A stretch of 64,000 nucleotides of DNA from Octopus sinensis (taxonomy: Eukaryota), in the NCBI RefSeq assembly GCF_006345805.1, contig NC_043006.1:60264001-60328000 (forward strand), read 5' to 3'. Positions 11,528-24,508 of this stretch are shown here, piece after piece. The notes below the pieces were generated by a model. The model was given only the letters and a program-made list of their open reading frames with translations, searched no databases and had not been told where the DNA came from. Position numbers and translations under genes: made by a program. How positions within the stretch are numbered: position 1 is the first letter of the stretch; each line of letters starts with the position of its first letter.

Positions 11528-14500
11528 ACGAATGTACATATAATGGAAAAAAGTATACAGGAGTATTAAGATCGACTGCAACACGTGTGTATGTGACACA
11601 AATAACAAAGCAATTTGTTCAAATTTACGTTGTGGTTATGGGAAGGGGCCTTCATGTACATATCAAGGCAGACGTTACAGAGTAGGACAGACATTCCAGC
11701 AGTCTTGTAATACATGTAAATGCAACTATGATGGCCAGATAAAATGTGACAACAAAGACTGTCCTAAACGATGTACTTATAAAGAAAAGCAGTACCAAGA
11801 AGGTGAAGAATTCACTGACAACTGTGATAAATGTAAATGTCTTTCTTCTGGATATGTTCAGTGTACCACTAAAGTGTGTGGGTGCCAATACAATGGTAAA
11901 TACTACAATATTGGAGAGAGTTTTAACGATGGCTGTAAGACTTGCACTTGTCAAACTACAGGAATAGTGCAGTGTAACAGTGATAGATGTGGATGTCCTT
12001 ATAAAAATGTACAATATCAAATCGGCCAAACCTTTACTGATGATTGCAATACTTGCGAATGTTTGAACAATGGTCAGGTTAAATGTACTAGCAAAATTTG
12101 TAAGTGTTACTTCAGAGGAAGAGTATTAAGTGTGGGCCAGAAATTTGAAGGGGATTGTAACATTTGCTATTGTAGAGACAACGGTCAGTTAGAATGTACA
12201 AAGAAAATTTGTCAATGTACTTATCAAGGACAGACATACCGAGTTGGACAAACATTCAGTAATGATTGTAACCAATGTGAATGTTTAAGAAGCGGTATTG
12301 TGCAGTGCTCTAACAAACCATGTAAGTGTATATACAATGGAAACACCTACGAAATAGGGACTACATTTAAAAAGGACTGTAATACGTGCACATGCAAAGC
12401 CGATGGGACAGTAGACTGCACAAAAATGTCATGTACCTGTACTTATAAATATAATGTTTATAATTTCGGAGCAGAGTTCAAGGATGATTGTAATACTTGC
12501 AGATGTAAAAATAACGGACAAGTTGATTGTACAAACAAACCCTGCCACTGTACTTATAAAGGACAAACTTATGGAATTGGTAATAGATTTTCGGACGATT
12601 GCAATAAATGCGAATGTTTAGCAACTGGATATGTCCGATGTTCAACCGATGTTTGTGAATGTAAGTACAACAACCAGATATATAAAGTAGGAGAAACATT
12701 TAAACAGGGCTGTAATACGTGCACATGCAAAGCCGATGGGACTGTAGACTGCACAACAAACCCATGTACCTGTACTTATAAATATAATGTTTATGATTTC
12801 GGAGCAGAGTTCAAGGATGATTGTAATACTTGCAAATGTAAAAATAACGGAGAAGTTGATTGTACAAACAGACCCTGCCACTGTACTTATAAAGGACAAA
12901 CTTATGGAATTGGTAATAGATTTTCGGACGATTGCAATCAATGCGAATGTTTAGCAACTGGATATGTCCGATGTTCAACCTATCTTTGTCAATGTAAGTA
13001 CAACAACCAGATATATAAAGTAGGAGAAACATTTAAACAGGGCTGTAATACGTGCACATGCAAAGCCGATAGGACTGTAAACTGCACAACAAACCCATGT
13101 ACCTGTACTTATAAATATAATGTTTATGATTTCGGAGCAGAGTTCAAGGATGATTGTAATACTTGCAAATGTAAAAATAACGGACAAGTTGATTGTACAA
13201 ACAGACCCTGCCACTGTACTTATAAAGGACAAACTTATGGAATTGGTAATAGATTTTCGGACGATTGCAATCAATGCGAATGTTTAGCAACTGGATATGT
13301 CCGATGTTCAACCTATCTTTGTCAATGTAAGTACAACAACCAGATATATAAAGTAGGAGAAACATTTAAACAGGGCTGTAATACGTGCACATGCAAAGCC
13401 GATAGGACTGTAGACTGCACAACAAACCCATGTACCTGTACTTATAAATATAATGTTTATGATTTCGGAGCAGAGTTCAAGGATGATTGTAATACTTGCA
13501 AATGTAAAAATAACGGACAAGTTGATTGTACAAACAAACCCTGCCGCTGTACTTATAATGGACAAACTTATGAACTTGGTACTAAATTTTCGATGGGTTG
13601 CAATCAATGCGAATGTTTAGCAACTGGATATGTCATATGTTTAGCCGATGTTTGTGAATGTAAGTACAACAACCAGATATATAAAGTAGGAGAAACATTT
13701 AAACAGGGCTGTAATACGTGCACATGCAAAGCCGATGGGACTGTAGACTGCACAACAAACCCATGTACCTGTACTTATAAATATAATGTTTATAATTTCG
13801 GAGCAGAGTTCAAGGATGATTGTAATACTTGCAAATGTAAAAATAACGGACAAGTTGATTGTACAAACAGACCCTGCCGCTGTACTTATAAAGGACAAAC
13901 TTATGGAATTGGTAATAGATTTTCGGACGATTGCAATCAATGCGAATGTTTAGCAACTGGATATGTCCGATGTTCAACCTATCTTTGTCAATGTAAGTAC
14001 AACAACCAGATATATAAAGTAGGAGAAACATTTAAACAGCGCTGTAATACGTGCACATGCAAAGCCGATAGGACTGTAGACTGCACAACAAACCCATGTA
14101 CCTGTACTTATAAATATAATGTTTATAATTTCGGAGCAGAGTTCAAGGATGATTGTAATACTTGCAAATGTAAAAATAACGGACAAGTTGATTGTACAAA
14201 CAAACCCTGCCGCTGTACTCATAAAGGACAAACTTATGGAATTGGTTATAGATTTTCGGATGGTTGCAATCAATGCGAATGTTTAGCAACTGGATATGTC
14301 CGATGTTCAACCAATGTTTGTGAATGTAAGTACAACAACCAGATATATAAAGTAGGTCAGACATTTAGAAAGGACTGTAATACGTGCACATGCAAAACCG
14401 ATGGGACAGTAGACTGCACAACAAACCCATGTCCCTGTACTTATAAAAATAAGGTTTATAATTTCGGAAATCAATTCAAAGATGGCTGCTCTAATTGTAC

Positions 14501-14903
14501 TTGTCAATATAATGGTGAGGTTAGCTGCACTGAATTACCTTGTTCCTGTAATTACAACGGTAAAATTTATGAAATTGGTTCTGTATGGTATAATGATTGC
14601 AACAAATGTCAGTGCAACTCCGATGGGAAAGTCGATTGTGAGCAAAAACCATGCAGTAAGTCCTGTATACATAAAGGAAAAACTTATTCTGTCGGTGAAA
14701 CATTTAAAGATGCCTGCAATACTTGTAGATGTGGACAGTTTGGTCAAATAAGCTGTACTAAAATGTACTGCCCCCCGACAACATGCCAGTATTATGGAAA
14801 ATCTTACAAAGATGGAGAAATGTTCATGAGTCAAGATAAGTGCAATGTTTGTCGATGTTCGATTGGGAAGGTCAAGTGTACCAAGTATGACTGCTATCGT
14901 CTG
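11528..14903 (+). CDS. Exon 2 of Cys-rich gene copy A: 30 six-Cys modules (VWC N-subdomain/pacifastin-like)
   Basis: Acceptor cttacAG at 11526-11527 (phase 1), donor CTG|GTGAGT at 14904. Module C-x16-C-N-x-C-x-C-x3-G-x3-C-[TS]-x3-C. One T is missing at ~11567 (gtattaag vs gtatttaag in B and C), shifting the first module out of frame. Confidence 0.9.
12438..14435 (+). repeat. Six 333-bp coding super-repeats (3 x 111 bp)
   Basis: Modules 9-26 cycle CTYKYNVY../CTYKGQTY../CKYNNQIY.. with exact 333-nt period. Confidence 0.95.
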
Positions 14904-15494
14904 GTGAGTAAAGTGTTTTATTAGTGTTTTACTGTCCCTAACGTAACTAATTTAATCCATCCTTTACCCTTTGCAACCCCTATTTTATATCTCATATTAA
15001 ACAGAAAATAATCACCCAGCAATTAGATGATATTTAGCATACAAACTGTTCTCTTCTAAGTTTTTTCATGTATATGCATACATTCAATAATATATATGGA
15101 AGAAATGGTTGACTTACAATTTTCAATTTAATGTTATTGACACTTATGTAAAATTTGCACGACATTGCTCTTAATGTTAGAAATATTTATGTATATTTAA
15201 GAAATATTTATTTTTCAACTGTTTAAATAGTGATACAGACTCTTTGGAGATACATTTGTGAATTATTCTATATACAGGATATTTCAGGATATAGCTTATG
15301 AGAGTGTGAATTGGGCTTTAAAATCTGGGCTCTGATGAATTTTTAATACTTTGTATAATCATGTGATATTTAATCTAATGTATAATTGTTCAAATTTAAA
15401 TTTTGTATTGTACTTAGTCATACTAAATTTGAAATACAATGTGTATATCCAGTCCGATAATATATTAATTTCTTGCAAATTTATTTTATTGCAG

Positions 15495-15512
15495 AAACAA
15501 CAGTACGGATGA
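15495..15512 (+). CDS. Exon 3 (KQQYG*) of copy A
   Basis: Acceptor ttttattgcAG is phase 0 and matches the exon 2 donor. AAA CAA CAG TAC GGA TGA; AATAAA at 15574-15579. Confidence 0.75.
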   Translation, partial: KQQYG

Positions 15513-15573
15513 AGAACTATTAATTTATTTTGATAATTTCAATAATTGTGATACCTGAAATATAATTTTTTAA

Positions 15574-15579
15574 AATAAA
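15574..15579 (+). terminator. Polyadenylation signal, copy A
   Basis: AATAAA 62 nt after the stop of exon 3; conserved at 36917-36922. Confidence 0.65.
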
Positions 15580-15782
15580 ACATATATCTACCACAATTTC
15601 GTTGTTTAATCTATAAATTTAATTTTTTTCATTAGAATGATAGTCAACCGAGTTATCCATTTAACTTTTAGGCTGAGTTATTTCTTATTTGCATTTTAGT
15701 ATTTCTAATCTATTTCCAATATAAACAAAATTTCAACTCAGCCGCGAAAATGCAAACGTAAAAGATTTGATATAATTATATA

Positions 15783-16020
15783 AAAAATAAATAAATGCGC
15801 CCTCTTAAAGCCTAGCCAGGCTCATGGGCCCGGTTTCCCGGTTTCTATGGCATATGTGTTCCCCAGCTGGACGGGACACCAGTCCATCGCAGCGTTACTC
15901 ATTTTTGCCAGCTGAGTGGACTGGAGCAATGTGAAATGAAGAACACAACGAGTCGTCCGGTCCAGGAATCGAAACCACAACCTTACGATCATGATGCTGA
16001 CACCCTAACCACTGAGCTGC
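15783..16020 (-). mobile_element. tRNA-derived SINE, family gamma (V-domain-like motif)
   Basis: Minus strand: GCTCAGTGGTTAG A box, GGTTTCGATTCC B box, ctgcgatggactggtgtcccgtccag, (TTTA)n tail. Confidence 0.75.
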
Positions 16021-16197
16021 GGGAGAAAAACTTTCTTAAACTTTCATGCCGGTCAACGACCCTGCATTGATGAACATCTCTTCCAAAGGGAATATTTGTA
16101 GACAACTGCTTCAAAACCTGTAGCGTCTTTAGACTGATTGTAAATTTATATTTATACCAATAATTCTTGGTGAATTATGGTAATGTTTAATTTTTAA

Positions 16198-16408
16198 AAA
16201 ATTCTTTTACTTGTTTCAGTCATTTGACTATGGCCATGCTAGAACACTGACATAAAGGGTTTTAGTCGAAGAAATCTACCCCAGAACTTATTCTTTGTAA
16301 GCCTAGTACTTATTCTATCGGCAATAGAAATTGCCGAACCGCTAAGTTACGGGGACATAAATGCACTAGCATCGGTTGTCAAGCGATGGCGAGGGGGGAT
16401 GCAGAGAA

Positions 16409-16435
<27 letters not shown>
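16198..16435 (-). mobile_element. SINE beta 3' half (element split by the Helitron at 16440-17609)
   Basis: Continues the 5' half at 17690-17830 across the Helitron, which sits in the SINE's internal microsatellite. Confidence 0.75.
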
Positions 16436-16439
<4 letters not shown>

Positions 16440-16440
<1 letters not shown>

Positions 16441-17609
16441 CTATAAAGCTGAAGTTGTGTGTGTGGATGGTTTGGTAGCCTTCAACTAACACTATCTCCT
16501 CCGAGACCCTGCGGCGCAAGTTGACCAAAATTGAGAGTATGATAGATGAAGGCTTGCTCTTCATTCCGGACCATGTTAAGACCAAAAATTATTTACATCA
16601 AAAAGCAGTGCAGTTTGAAACTTGAGCTTCAACACAGTGCAAGGGAGATAACTAATGTTAATACTTTGTCTACAAAATCCTTTCCAGTTCTGGAAAGAGA
16701 GAGGACGTTTTAATAACTAAGATTACAATTACGACATCAGGAGCTGATGCACCCTACTGTTTCAGAAGGACACAGTTTCCCCTACGTGTTGTATTTGCCA
16801 TGTCCATAAACAAACCACAGGGTCAGACATTATCCATGGCAGGGCTTCACTTGCAGGAGCCATGTTTCTCACATGGACAATTATACGTTGGATGTTCCCG
16901 AGTCGGTAGTCAGAACAGCCTATTTGCTTTGGCTCCATCTGGAAGAACAAAGAACGTTGTCTATCGCGAAGTGCTGTAACCATATTTCATCAGCGACTAT
17001 ACTATGCATTGCCTTATATTAACTGTTTATCTGAATGAATCTATATCTATAAAGCTGAAGCTGTGTGTGTGTGGCAGGTTTGGTAGCCTTCAACTAACAC
17101 TATCTCCTCCGAGCCCCTGCGACGCAAGTTGACCAAAACTGAGAGTATGATAGAAGGCTTGCTCTTCATTCCGTAGAACAAAAAATTCAAATCGAACCAT
17201 GTTAAGACCAAAAATTATTTACATCACAAAGGTGCTTTTTTTCTATGAAAAGCCCTATGTTCTACGATTTTTTTACTGCTGTGTACTTTTTCTTAATGAA
17301 TACTTTTGCAGTGTTAACTTCTTAATAGATTTTCTGTGCAGTTCGAAACTTGAGCTTCATTTTCCTTTAAATCTACGGGTAAATTGTTTTCTCCACAATG
17401 TTAATAGTAGGAATATTAGCTAAGAGTACCAACAATTGAAGTCGGCAGTACACATTTGCAGCACATTCAGGGCAAACTCGAGGATCGCCACACTATACTT
17501 TTATTCATAGATTGAAACTATGGCAAAACTTTGTTAACGCGACATCAAAGTCTGCTGTTTTAAGCGCAACTAAAAAACAAACCCGAGCAACGCCGGGCTA
17601 TACTGCTAG
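16440..17609 (+). mobile_element. Composite Helitron with duplicated 5' end and helicase fragment
   Basis: A^TCTATAAAGCTGAAG at 16440 and again at 17046; 3' cccgagcaacgccggg hairpin plus CTAG at 17606-17609. Confidence 0.82.
16675..16979 (+). pseudogene. C-terminus of Helitron RepHel (PIF1-like helicase)
   Basis: GKREDVLITKI...CFRRTQFPLRVVFAMSINKPQGQTL...GLHLQEPCFSHGQLYVGCSRVGS...RTKNVVYREVL*. Not listed in the ORF track. Confidence 0.92.
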
Positions 17610-17618
17610 CACACACAC

Positions 17619-17689
<71 letters not shown>

Positions 17690-17692
<3 letters not shown>

Positions 17693-17830
17693 CGGAATCC
17701 TTCTACCAAATTACCAAATCCTTTACAAGGCTTTGGTCAGCCCGAGGCTATAGTAGATGACAGTTGTCCAAGGTGCTTCGCAGTGGGACTGAACCCGGAA
17801 CCATGTGGTTGAGAAGCAAGCTTCTTATCG
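17690..17830 (-). mobile_element. SINE beta 5' half
   Basis: Reverse complement of aagcttgcttctcaaccacatggttccgggttcagtcccactgcg..ccttggacaac...ttggtagaagga. Confidence 0.75.
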
Positions 17831-17919
17831 TTAACAAATGCTAACAATCTCAAAAGTGAGGACTTCAGGCAAAGGAAGTTATCAACAAATAGGTTGTTTG
17901 CAAATAAATTTTACAACTG

Positions 17920-18467
17920 CAGTGTTCAACTGGTACTTATTTTATCGACGCCGAAAGGATTAAAGGCAAGGTCGATCCCTGCGAAATTTGAACCCAGAAC
18001 GTAAAGACGGATCAAATGTCGATAATCATTTTACCCTGCGTGCTAAATTTTCTTATTTCTTTATTGTCCACAAGGGGCTAAACATAGAGGGGACAAACAA
18101 GGACAGACAATGGGATTAAGTTGATTACATCGACCTCAGTGCGTAACTGGTATTTAGTTTCTCGACCCCGAAAGGATGAAAGGCAAAGTCGACCTCAGCG
18201 GAATTTGAACTGAGAACGTAGCGGCAGACGAAATACCTATTTCTTTACTGCCCACAAGGGGTTAAACACAGAGGGGACAAACAAGGACAAACAAAGGGAT
18301 TATGTCGTTTACATCGACCCCAGTGCGTAACAGGCACTTAATTTATCGACCTTGGAAGGATGAAAGGCAAAGTTTACCTCGGCGGAATTTGAACTCAGAA
18401 CGTAACGGCAAATGAAATACGGCTACGCATTTCGCCCGGCGTGCTAACGTTTCTGCCAGCTAGCCGT
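17920..18467 (-). mobile_element. Cluster of three SINE alpha copies/fragments
   Basis: Three successive cgac.ccgaaaggatgaaaggcaaagtcgacc...tttgaac blocks. Confidence 0.8.
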
Positions 18468-18902
18468 CTTAGTGTGTCTAAATATGAATATCGAAAAAAG
18501 AAGGGGTTAAACTAATATACCCTTTGTAATTTTTCTAAAGTACACATATCAAAATATACTAGTTCCTAGTTCCGTATGAAGCTATTTTCTGGGGTGACAA
18601 ATAAGTAAATTTTGTTTTAAAGCAAATGGTTCGTTGGGAGACATTTCGGCAATAGTCATAACATTTACGATCCATATCCGGGAGCAAACCCAGACCTGCA
18701 TACTATTCTCTCTCTCTCTTTCTCTCTCTCTCTCACACACACACACACATATTTACATGTGTACTTGCCTATATATTGTTTTGATTTGAGATCGTGTGCT
18801 GAAACTGGCCATTAGGAAATACACAAAGTTAACTTCAATTAATCTTTTATTTTAAAAACTTTTCGCGGATTGCTACCTTGTTCTAAGGAATAGACACGAT
18901 GT

Positions 18903-19092
18903 TTACGCCAGGGAAAATGGTTGGCGACATTTCGTCTTCATGTTCTGAGTTCAAATTCCACCGATGTCCACTTCGCCTTTCATCCTTTCGGGGTCGATAA
19001 AATAAGTACCCGTTGAGTACTGAGTTCGATGTTATCGACTTAACCCCTTCTCCGAAATTGTTGGCCTTGTGCCAACATTTGAAACTAATATT
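18903..19092 (+). mobile_element. SINE alpha-related copy, 5'-truncated
   Basis: gagttcaaattcc...cctttcatcctttcggggtcgataaaataagtacc. Confidence 0.75.
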
Positions 19093-19229
19093 TTTAGAGA
19101 ATTTGAGCAAAATCAATAAACTGGTAAATATCGCACTAATTCCAATGTTCAACAATGAATTGCTAGGTTACCTATTGTCGTTCTTCCCAAATTTGTTTAA
19201 ATTTCGATACTTTCACCCTCACGAGTTTC

Positions 19230-19575
19230 ACTAAGAAAAGAAAAATCGGATTATTCGCATGGAATTAAGTGAAATCGGAAAAAAGGGGTGGGGAAAACTG
19301 GACCCCATCCATTCCGGAATCATTGGAATATTTTATATTTTCGTTGAATGAATTACAGTGACCTAATATGCCACAAAATGCTTTTTTGGTCCGGAAAACG
19401 GGGTGGAACCCTTGGAAATTTCACCTCCCCGTTCTCATTGGGAAGTACACCCGCACGATTTTCACTAAGAAAAAAGAAATTCATTTTTCGTTGAATGAAT
19501 TACGGTGACCTCCTAATATGCCACAAAACCCTTTTTTGGTCCGGAAAACAGAGGGTGGGGCGTGGAACACACGGA
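19230..19575. repeat. Diverged ~150-bp tandem duplication
   Basis: ttttcgttgaatgaattac.gtgacct..aatatgccacaaaa..cttttttggtccggaaaac occurs twice ~150 nt apart; also at ~41011-41356. Confidence 0.6.
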
Positions 19576-19985
19576 AATTTTACCCCACCACTCTCAACAT
19601 TTTACAAAAATACGTTTTCCAGAGGGCGGATTACTTGGTTCGTTATTCAATAAATAGAGAATGTGGATTAATATGTTCACATGTATATTGTGTGTATTTT
19701 ATGCTGAAAATATTTTTTGTGAAGTCGTAATGAATGCATATATATATGTATATATGGCGTGTGTGTCTGTATAAGTAGACAGGTAAAAATTTACCTACAA
19801 AGTACTACTTACTTCTTTACTGTCAAATCATTAATTAATCCCAACAAAATACACACTTTTTCTCCACTAAATATTTTCAGTTTTATACCAGTGTTTTAGA
19901 AAAAGAAAACAAAAATCTTTCGCGCGCAAACACACTTCGGTTTCTTTTTTGTGTGAGAGGGAGAGAGAGGGAATAAATGTTTTCT

Positions 19986-20243
19986 CAGAACGTAGCGGCA
20001 GACGAAATACTTATTTCTTTACAGCCCAAAAGGGGTTAAAGACAGAGAGGACAAACAAGGACAGACAAACAGATGAAGTCGATTACATCGATCCCAGTGC
20101 GTAACTGGCACTTATTTAATCGACCCGAAAGGATGAAAGGCAAAGTCGACCTCGGCGGAATTTGAACTCCGAACGTAACGGCAGACGAAATGCGACTACG
20201 CATTTCGCCCCGGCGTGCTAACGTTTCTGCCAGCTCGTCACCT
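19986..20243 (-). mobile_element. SINE alpha plus short fragment
   Basis: Full reverse-complement SINE alpha ending ctgccagctcgtcacc. Confidence 0.8.
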
Positions 20244-20614
20244 TTAAATAGAGGGAAATATTAGAGTTCAATATGAGGAGTTATTTTGGAAAAGGAAGCA
20301 AATAAGGAGTATATAGGGAAATAGAATGTAGAGATAAAAATAAAAACGTATATAGATGTTATAGTTACAGTTCCATTATCCAAGGAAAGTGGTTGAAATG
20401 CTTCCTGTCCGTGGTTTGTAAATTCTAATATGTATGTACACGTGCATGTAGGCGTGTATATGTGCGCACGTGTATGCGTTTATGCATGTATTTAGGGGTA
20501 TGCGTGTGTGCGCATATATATATGTGTATGGATGTGCATGTATGTTTGTATGGGCATCTGTATGCATACGTATGTGCGTATATATTTGTACGTGTATATG
20601 TATCTGTGTGTATG

Positions 20615-20646
<32 letters not shown>

Positions 20647-21236
20647 TGCATGCATGCATACAGGTTTAAATACACTAGTACGCAAGTCTATATAATAATG
20701 CATTTCACACACACATACATGTGCATGTGTGCGTGCGTATATCGATATACACTTCTCTCTTTCCTTCTCTCTGATTCCTCTCTCCATACTATAACATTAG
20801 CCAGTTGAATAAGCATATAAATCTATTTATAGAAACTTGACCAGTCTTAGTATTCTTCCCTTCCAATTTGTGGTTTACTACTGACTTTAGAAACCCTCCT
20901 CCTATATCTTTTTCTGTACCCATTCCTTAACACCAGTCTAACATATCACCCCACCTCACACATATTCACTACATACATTCTTATCACTTCTTACCCTCCC
21001 CTACTCCTCTCCCATTCCCCCGTCATAATATCTTGACCACCATCTAACACTCCTATCACTCTTTTCACTTCCTTCTACCTTTTTCATTTTCTCTTCATTT
21101 TTTCATTTTCTCATCTTGTCTTCATCTTCTCTTCCTATTTCTTTCCTTTTATCTTTTCTCACCTTTTCCTTTGACCTCTTTCTTCATTTTAACATACACA
21201 GCTCTTCTCCCCTCTCTATCCACTAACATATGATCA

Positions 21237-21575
21237 CCTAAATCCCCAAACTGCAACCCCTTTGATTATTATGTGTGAGGCGCTGTTGGGCGAGAGATTA
21301 ACAAAACTCCTTGTAACACCAAAGATGAACTGAAAGCAAGGATTATGGCAGCATTCACCAACTTAAAGAAAGAGACAGTCCAGAAGAGTTGCAGGAGATT
21401 CCGAAATAGTTTGGATGCTGTGGTTGATCCCAATGGCGATTTTATTGAATAAATTTACTTTTTAGTATTTCAAGATATTTTTATGTAATTTTAGTAAATA
21501 TATCTGTTAAAATGAGATGTCGGTGTTATTTTCATTTTTGCATAATTTAAACAACAATATATTCACCACACCCTG
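21237..21575 (+). mobile_element. Tc1/mariner 3' fragment (transposase C-terminus + right end), possibly DD37D/maT-like
   Basis: P[K/N]SPNCNPFDYYV*GAVGREINKTPCNTKDELKARIMAAFTNLKKETVQKSCRRFRNSLDAVVDPNGDFIE*; ends caccacaccctg followed by TA. Confidence 0.82.
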
Positions 21576-22346
21576 TATGTGTGTTTACTGTATATGTTAG
21601 TTTTACTGTCTCCTTGCCTTAAATTCGAGCAGTGGTTTTGTGTGTCATTAATGCAAGAGATGTTCTTCGTTTTCAGCCTTCCACATAATCAGGCCTAGGC
21701 TTGGATACCTTTCCCATCGACTATCCTCACATGCTTCCATATGAGGGTTGGCGACGGGGGTGACATTCGGCTATACAAAATCTGTCTGTTCCATGCGAGC
21801 GTGGACGTTTCATATATATTCATATTGCATGGATTATAATATTTTCAACCGAAATGTTACAACCGTATCTGATTGATCAAGTGCTTCAGTTCTGCTTATG
21901 TACATATATTTACTCCATTGCTAGCATTTATCAATGGTTTCTCTCATTGTCTCGATGCACCATTTTCTATCATTAATAAAACCGTCGACATTTTTGACAA
22001 CACAGGTATGCTTGTTTGCTAATAATATCTTGTATTAAAAACTAAGTGTGGACGTGAAAATGCTTCTACATTTGTGCTTTAAATGTAAACTTGTTAAAAT
22101 GTTAGCCCTTCGTTTAATGGAATAACGGCAAGAGTTTGTTTTAGTGTAATTAATAACATTTGTTGGGTTTTAGATGCGTGAAACGTGTAATAGATTTCCA
22201 CCCTTTCTCCTTCCAAAGGGTTTTTTCTTTGTCTTAGTAGCTATTGTTTCTAACTGCAATCATTTCGAGACACATCGTTAATAAAACTCATTTACACATT
22301 TCACCATAATTCTATGCCTCCGTTTTATTTCTCGCTGTATACGTAC

Positions 22347-22542
22347 GGCGCAGGCATGGCTGTGTGGTAAAAAGCTTGCTCCCCAATCACATGGTTCCAA
22401 GTTCAGTCCGTGGCACCTTGGGTAAGTGTCTTCTACTTTAGCCTCGGACCGACCAAAACCTTGTGAGTGGATTTGGTAGACGGAAACTGAAAGAAGCCTA
22501 TCATATATATATATATACACACACGCTCACACACATGCACGC

Positions 22543-22614
<72 letters not shown>

Positions 22615-22816
22615 TGAATATGTTTTGTGTCTGTCGCTTGACAACTGATACTGGTGTATTTAGGTCCCAGTAATGTAGCGGTTCGGCAAAATAGTCCGAT
22701 AGAATAAGTACTCGGCTTACAAAGAACAAGTTCTGCGGCGGATTTCTTCGACTAAAACCTTTTAAGGTGGTGCTCCAGCACGGCTGTAGTTAAATGACTG
22801 AATCAAGTAAAAGAGT
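22347..22816 (+). mobile_element. SINE beta, full length
   Basis: ggcgcaggcatggctgtgtggtaa head, CORE-like segment, internal (CA)n, aagtaaaagagta tail. Confidence 0.85.
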
Positions 22817-23157
22817 ATATATATATTTAAAACGTTTGAGATTGTCTCTACAGATTCTCTATCGAAATTATAGCCAGCACTGATTTGTGACAACATTTCA
22901 TATTCAAATACGTCTAATGTAAACAGTGCAATCGAAGATAGAAAAAGTATGTAATGGATTTATATGAACATTGCCTCAACACATCTAACCCATTAACTGT
23001 TCACGAACTCATTGTTTAAATAGCTACAAAATATAGCGGTGCAACACTAGTGGATCTACCAGTTGTACACATCTATAGTCTTCATTGTAACTACCTTGAT
23101 TTCCCCTATGTGACACTTTTTAAAATCTCACCTTAATTTTCTCCCCTGTCTCCCCTT

Positions 23158-24508
23158 CTACCTGACATAGATGCCAATTTAAAGAATGCCACAGTATTGA
23201 AATATGCAGACGACATCAAGCTGTACCTTGAAATCAAGAGGACAGATCCTGATGTCTACAACTCTTTCCTGCAATCAGACCTAGACACAATGCAGCAATG
23301 GATCACAGACTGGCAACTGAAACTGGCCGTGGACAAGTGTACCACCATGCATTTTGGGAGAAGAAACCCTGCGTCCACATACTCCCTCCACAACACTGAT
23401 ATCAAGAAATCCCCTTGCGAGCGTGACCTAGGCATCACTGTCAGCAGTGATTTGCGTTGGACAAAGCATATCTCTAAAATTGTCAAGAAGGCCGAGGGTG
23501 TCTTGGCATCACTCAGCAAGACTTTTGTTAGCCGCTCTCCAGCCATCTATTTAAAACTGTTTACAGCTATGGTACGACCACACTTGGAATTCGCATCATC
23601 AGTTTGGAACCCCTATCTTGCTCAGAACATTGACCTCCTGGAATCTGTCCAGAGACGTGTAACCAAACGTATACCGTCCATCAGACACCTACCATATTCT
23701 GAGCCCATTGTTTCCCTGGGAATGGATTCACTGAAGCTCCGGCGTCTGGCGACGGACTTGGTAAACACCCACAAAGTTATCAACCACCTCACCAACAACA
23801 ACACTGAACACCTTTTTGATCTCCATGTGTCTAACACACGTGGACATGCCTACAAAGTCAGAAAACAACACAGCTCCCATGACTTTCGGAAACATCTTTT
23901 CACGCTCAGAGTTGCTGAAGCATGGAATAAACTGCCTGCGTCAGTTGTTGACTGCCATGACACTGCATCCTTTAAGGCCCTCATGCTTTCCGAAATCCGC
24001 CGAAACTACACCTGATTATATATACACTTTAGATGAGTTGTAGTGCACCTGAGCACTGTACACAATTATTATTATTATTATTATTATTACTTACCGTTGC
24101 TCTATTTTACTTTACCTCTCTCCCTTTCTCTCTCTATCCAACATTTCCTCTGCTTTTCCTGTCACCTGCTTCTGCTGATCACCACTCCTTTCTATCGCCC
24201 TTTGCGTCCAATTATATTTAGATTATATTTAGATGAAGGTCATTTTATTATTCTCCCCGTGCACTAGAACTCTTCCTCTTTCAAGAGGAAGGCACCATCC
24301 TTTATACTCTGTATCTACTTGTTTTCTACAAGTTTTATATTTCCCCTCTGTGCGTTTTCAGTGGCAAAACTTGATTTCATTTCGTTCAAACTGGTAATTT
24401 CCAGACTAATCATCGAAACGGTTCCTAACCGCCGAAATCGTGTAACTCTTGCAGCATTATAGACCCTTGGGCAAATCACTGCACATGGCTCTATAGTATT
24501 TATTTATT
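23158..24508 (+). mobile_element. 5'-truncated CR1-type LINE
   Basis: Starts at LPDIDANLKNATVLKYADD; RT C-terminus, 3' UTR, (ATTT)n tail at 24497-24508. Confidence 0.88.
23197..24015 (+). pseudogene. Reverse transcriptase C-terminal fragment (CR1 clade)
   Basis: YADD, ERDLG, RPHLEFASSVWNPY, LESVQRRVTK, TRGHAYK, FTLRVAEAWNKLP motifs; no internal stops over 272 aa. Confidence 0.9.

Larger units (their letters stand above)
1..23876. repeat. Tandem segmental unit A (boundary set arbitrarily at window start)
   Basis: Position 1 (ccatgactttcggaaac) recurs at 23877 and 45699, followed by the same order of LINE tail, SINEs, PLE fragment and Cys-rich gene. Confidence 0.93.

Noticed and set aside
12438-14435. 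CRISPR-like array
   Set aside because: The repeats are contiguous, in-frame coding units with no unique spacers, in a eukaryotic context.
11874-14924. ORF-track start (MCGC..., MFLFFTD...) and end (...VSKVFY*) as real protein termini
   Set aside because: The starts are an internal GTG or intronic TTG. VSKVFY reads through a GTGAGT donor. Better splice-consistent exons exist up- and downstream.
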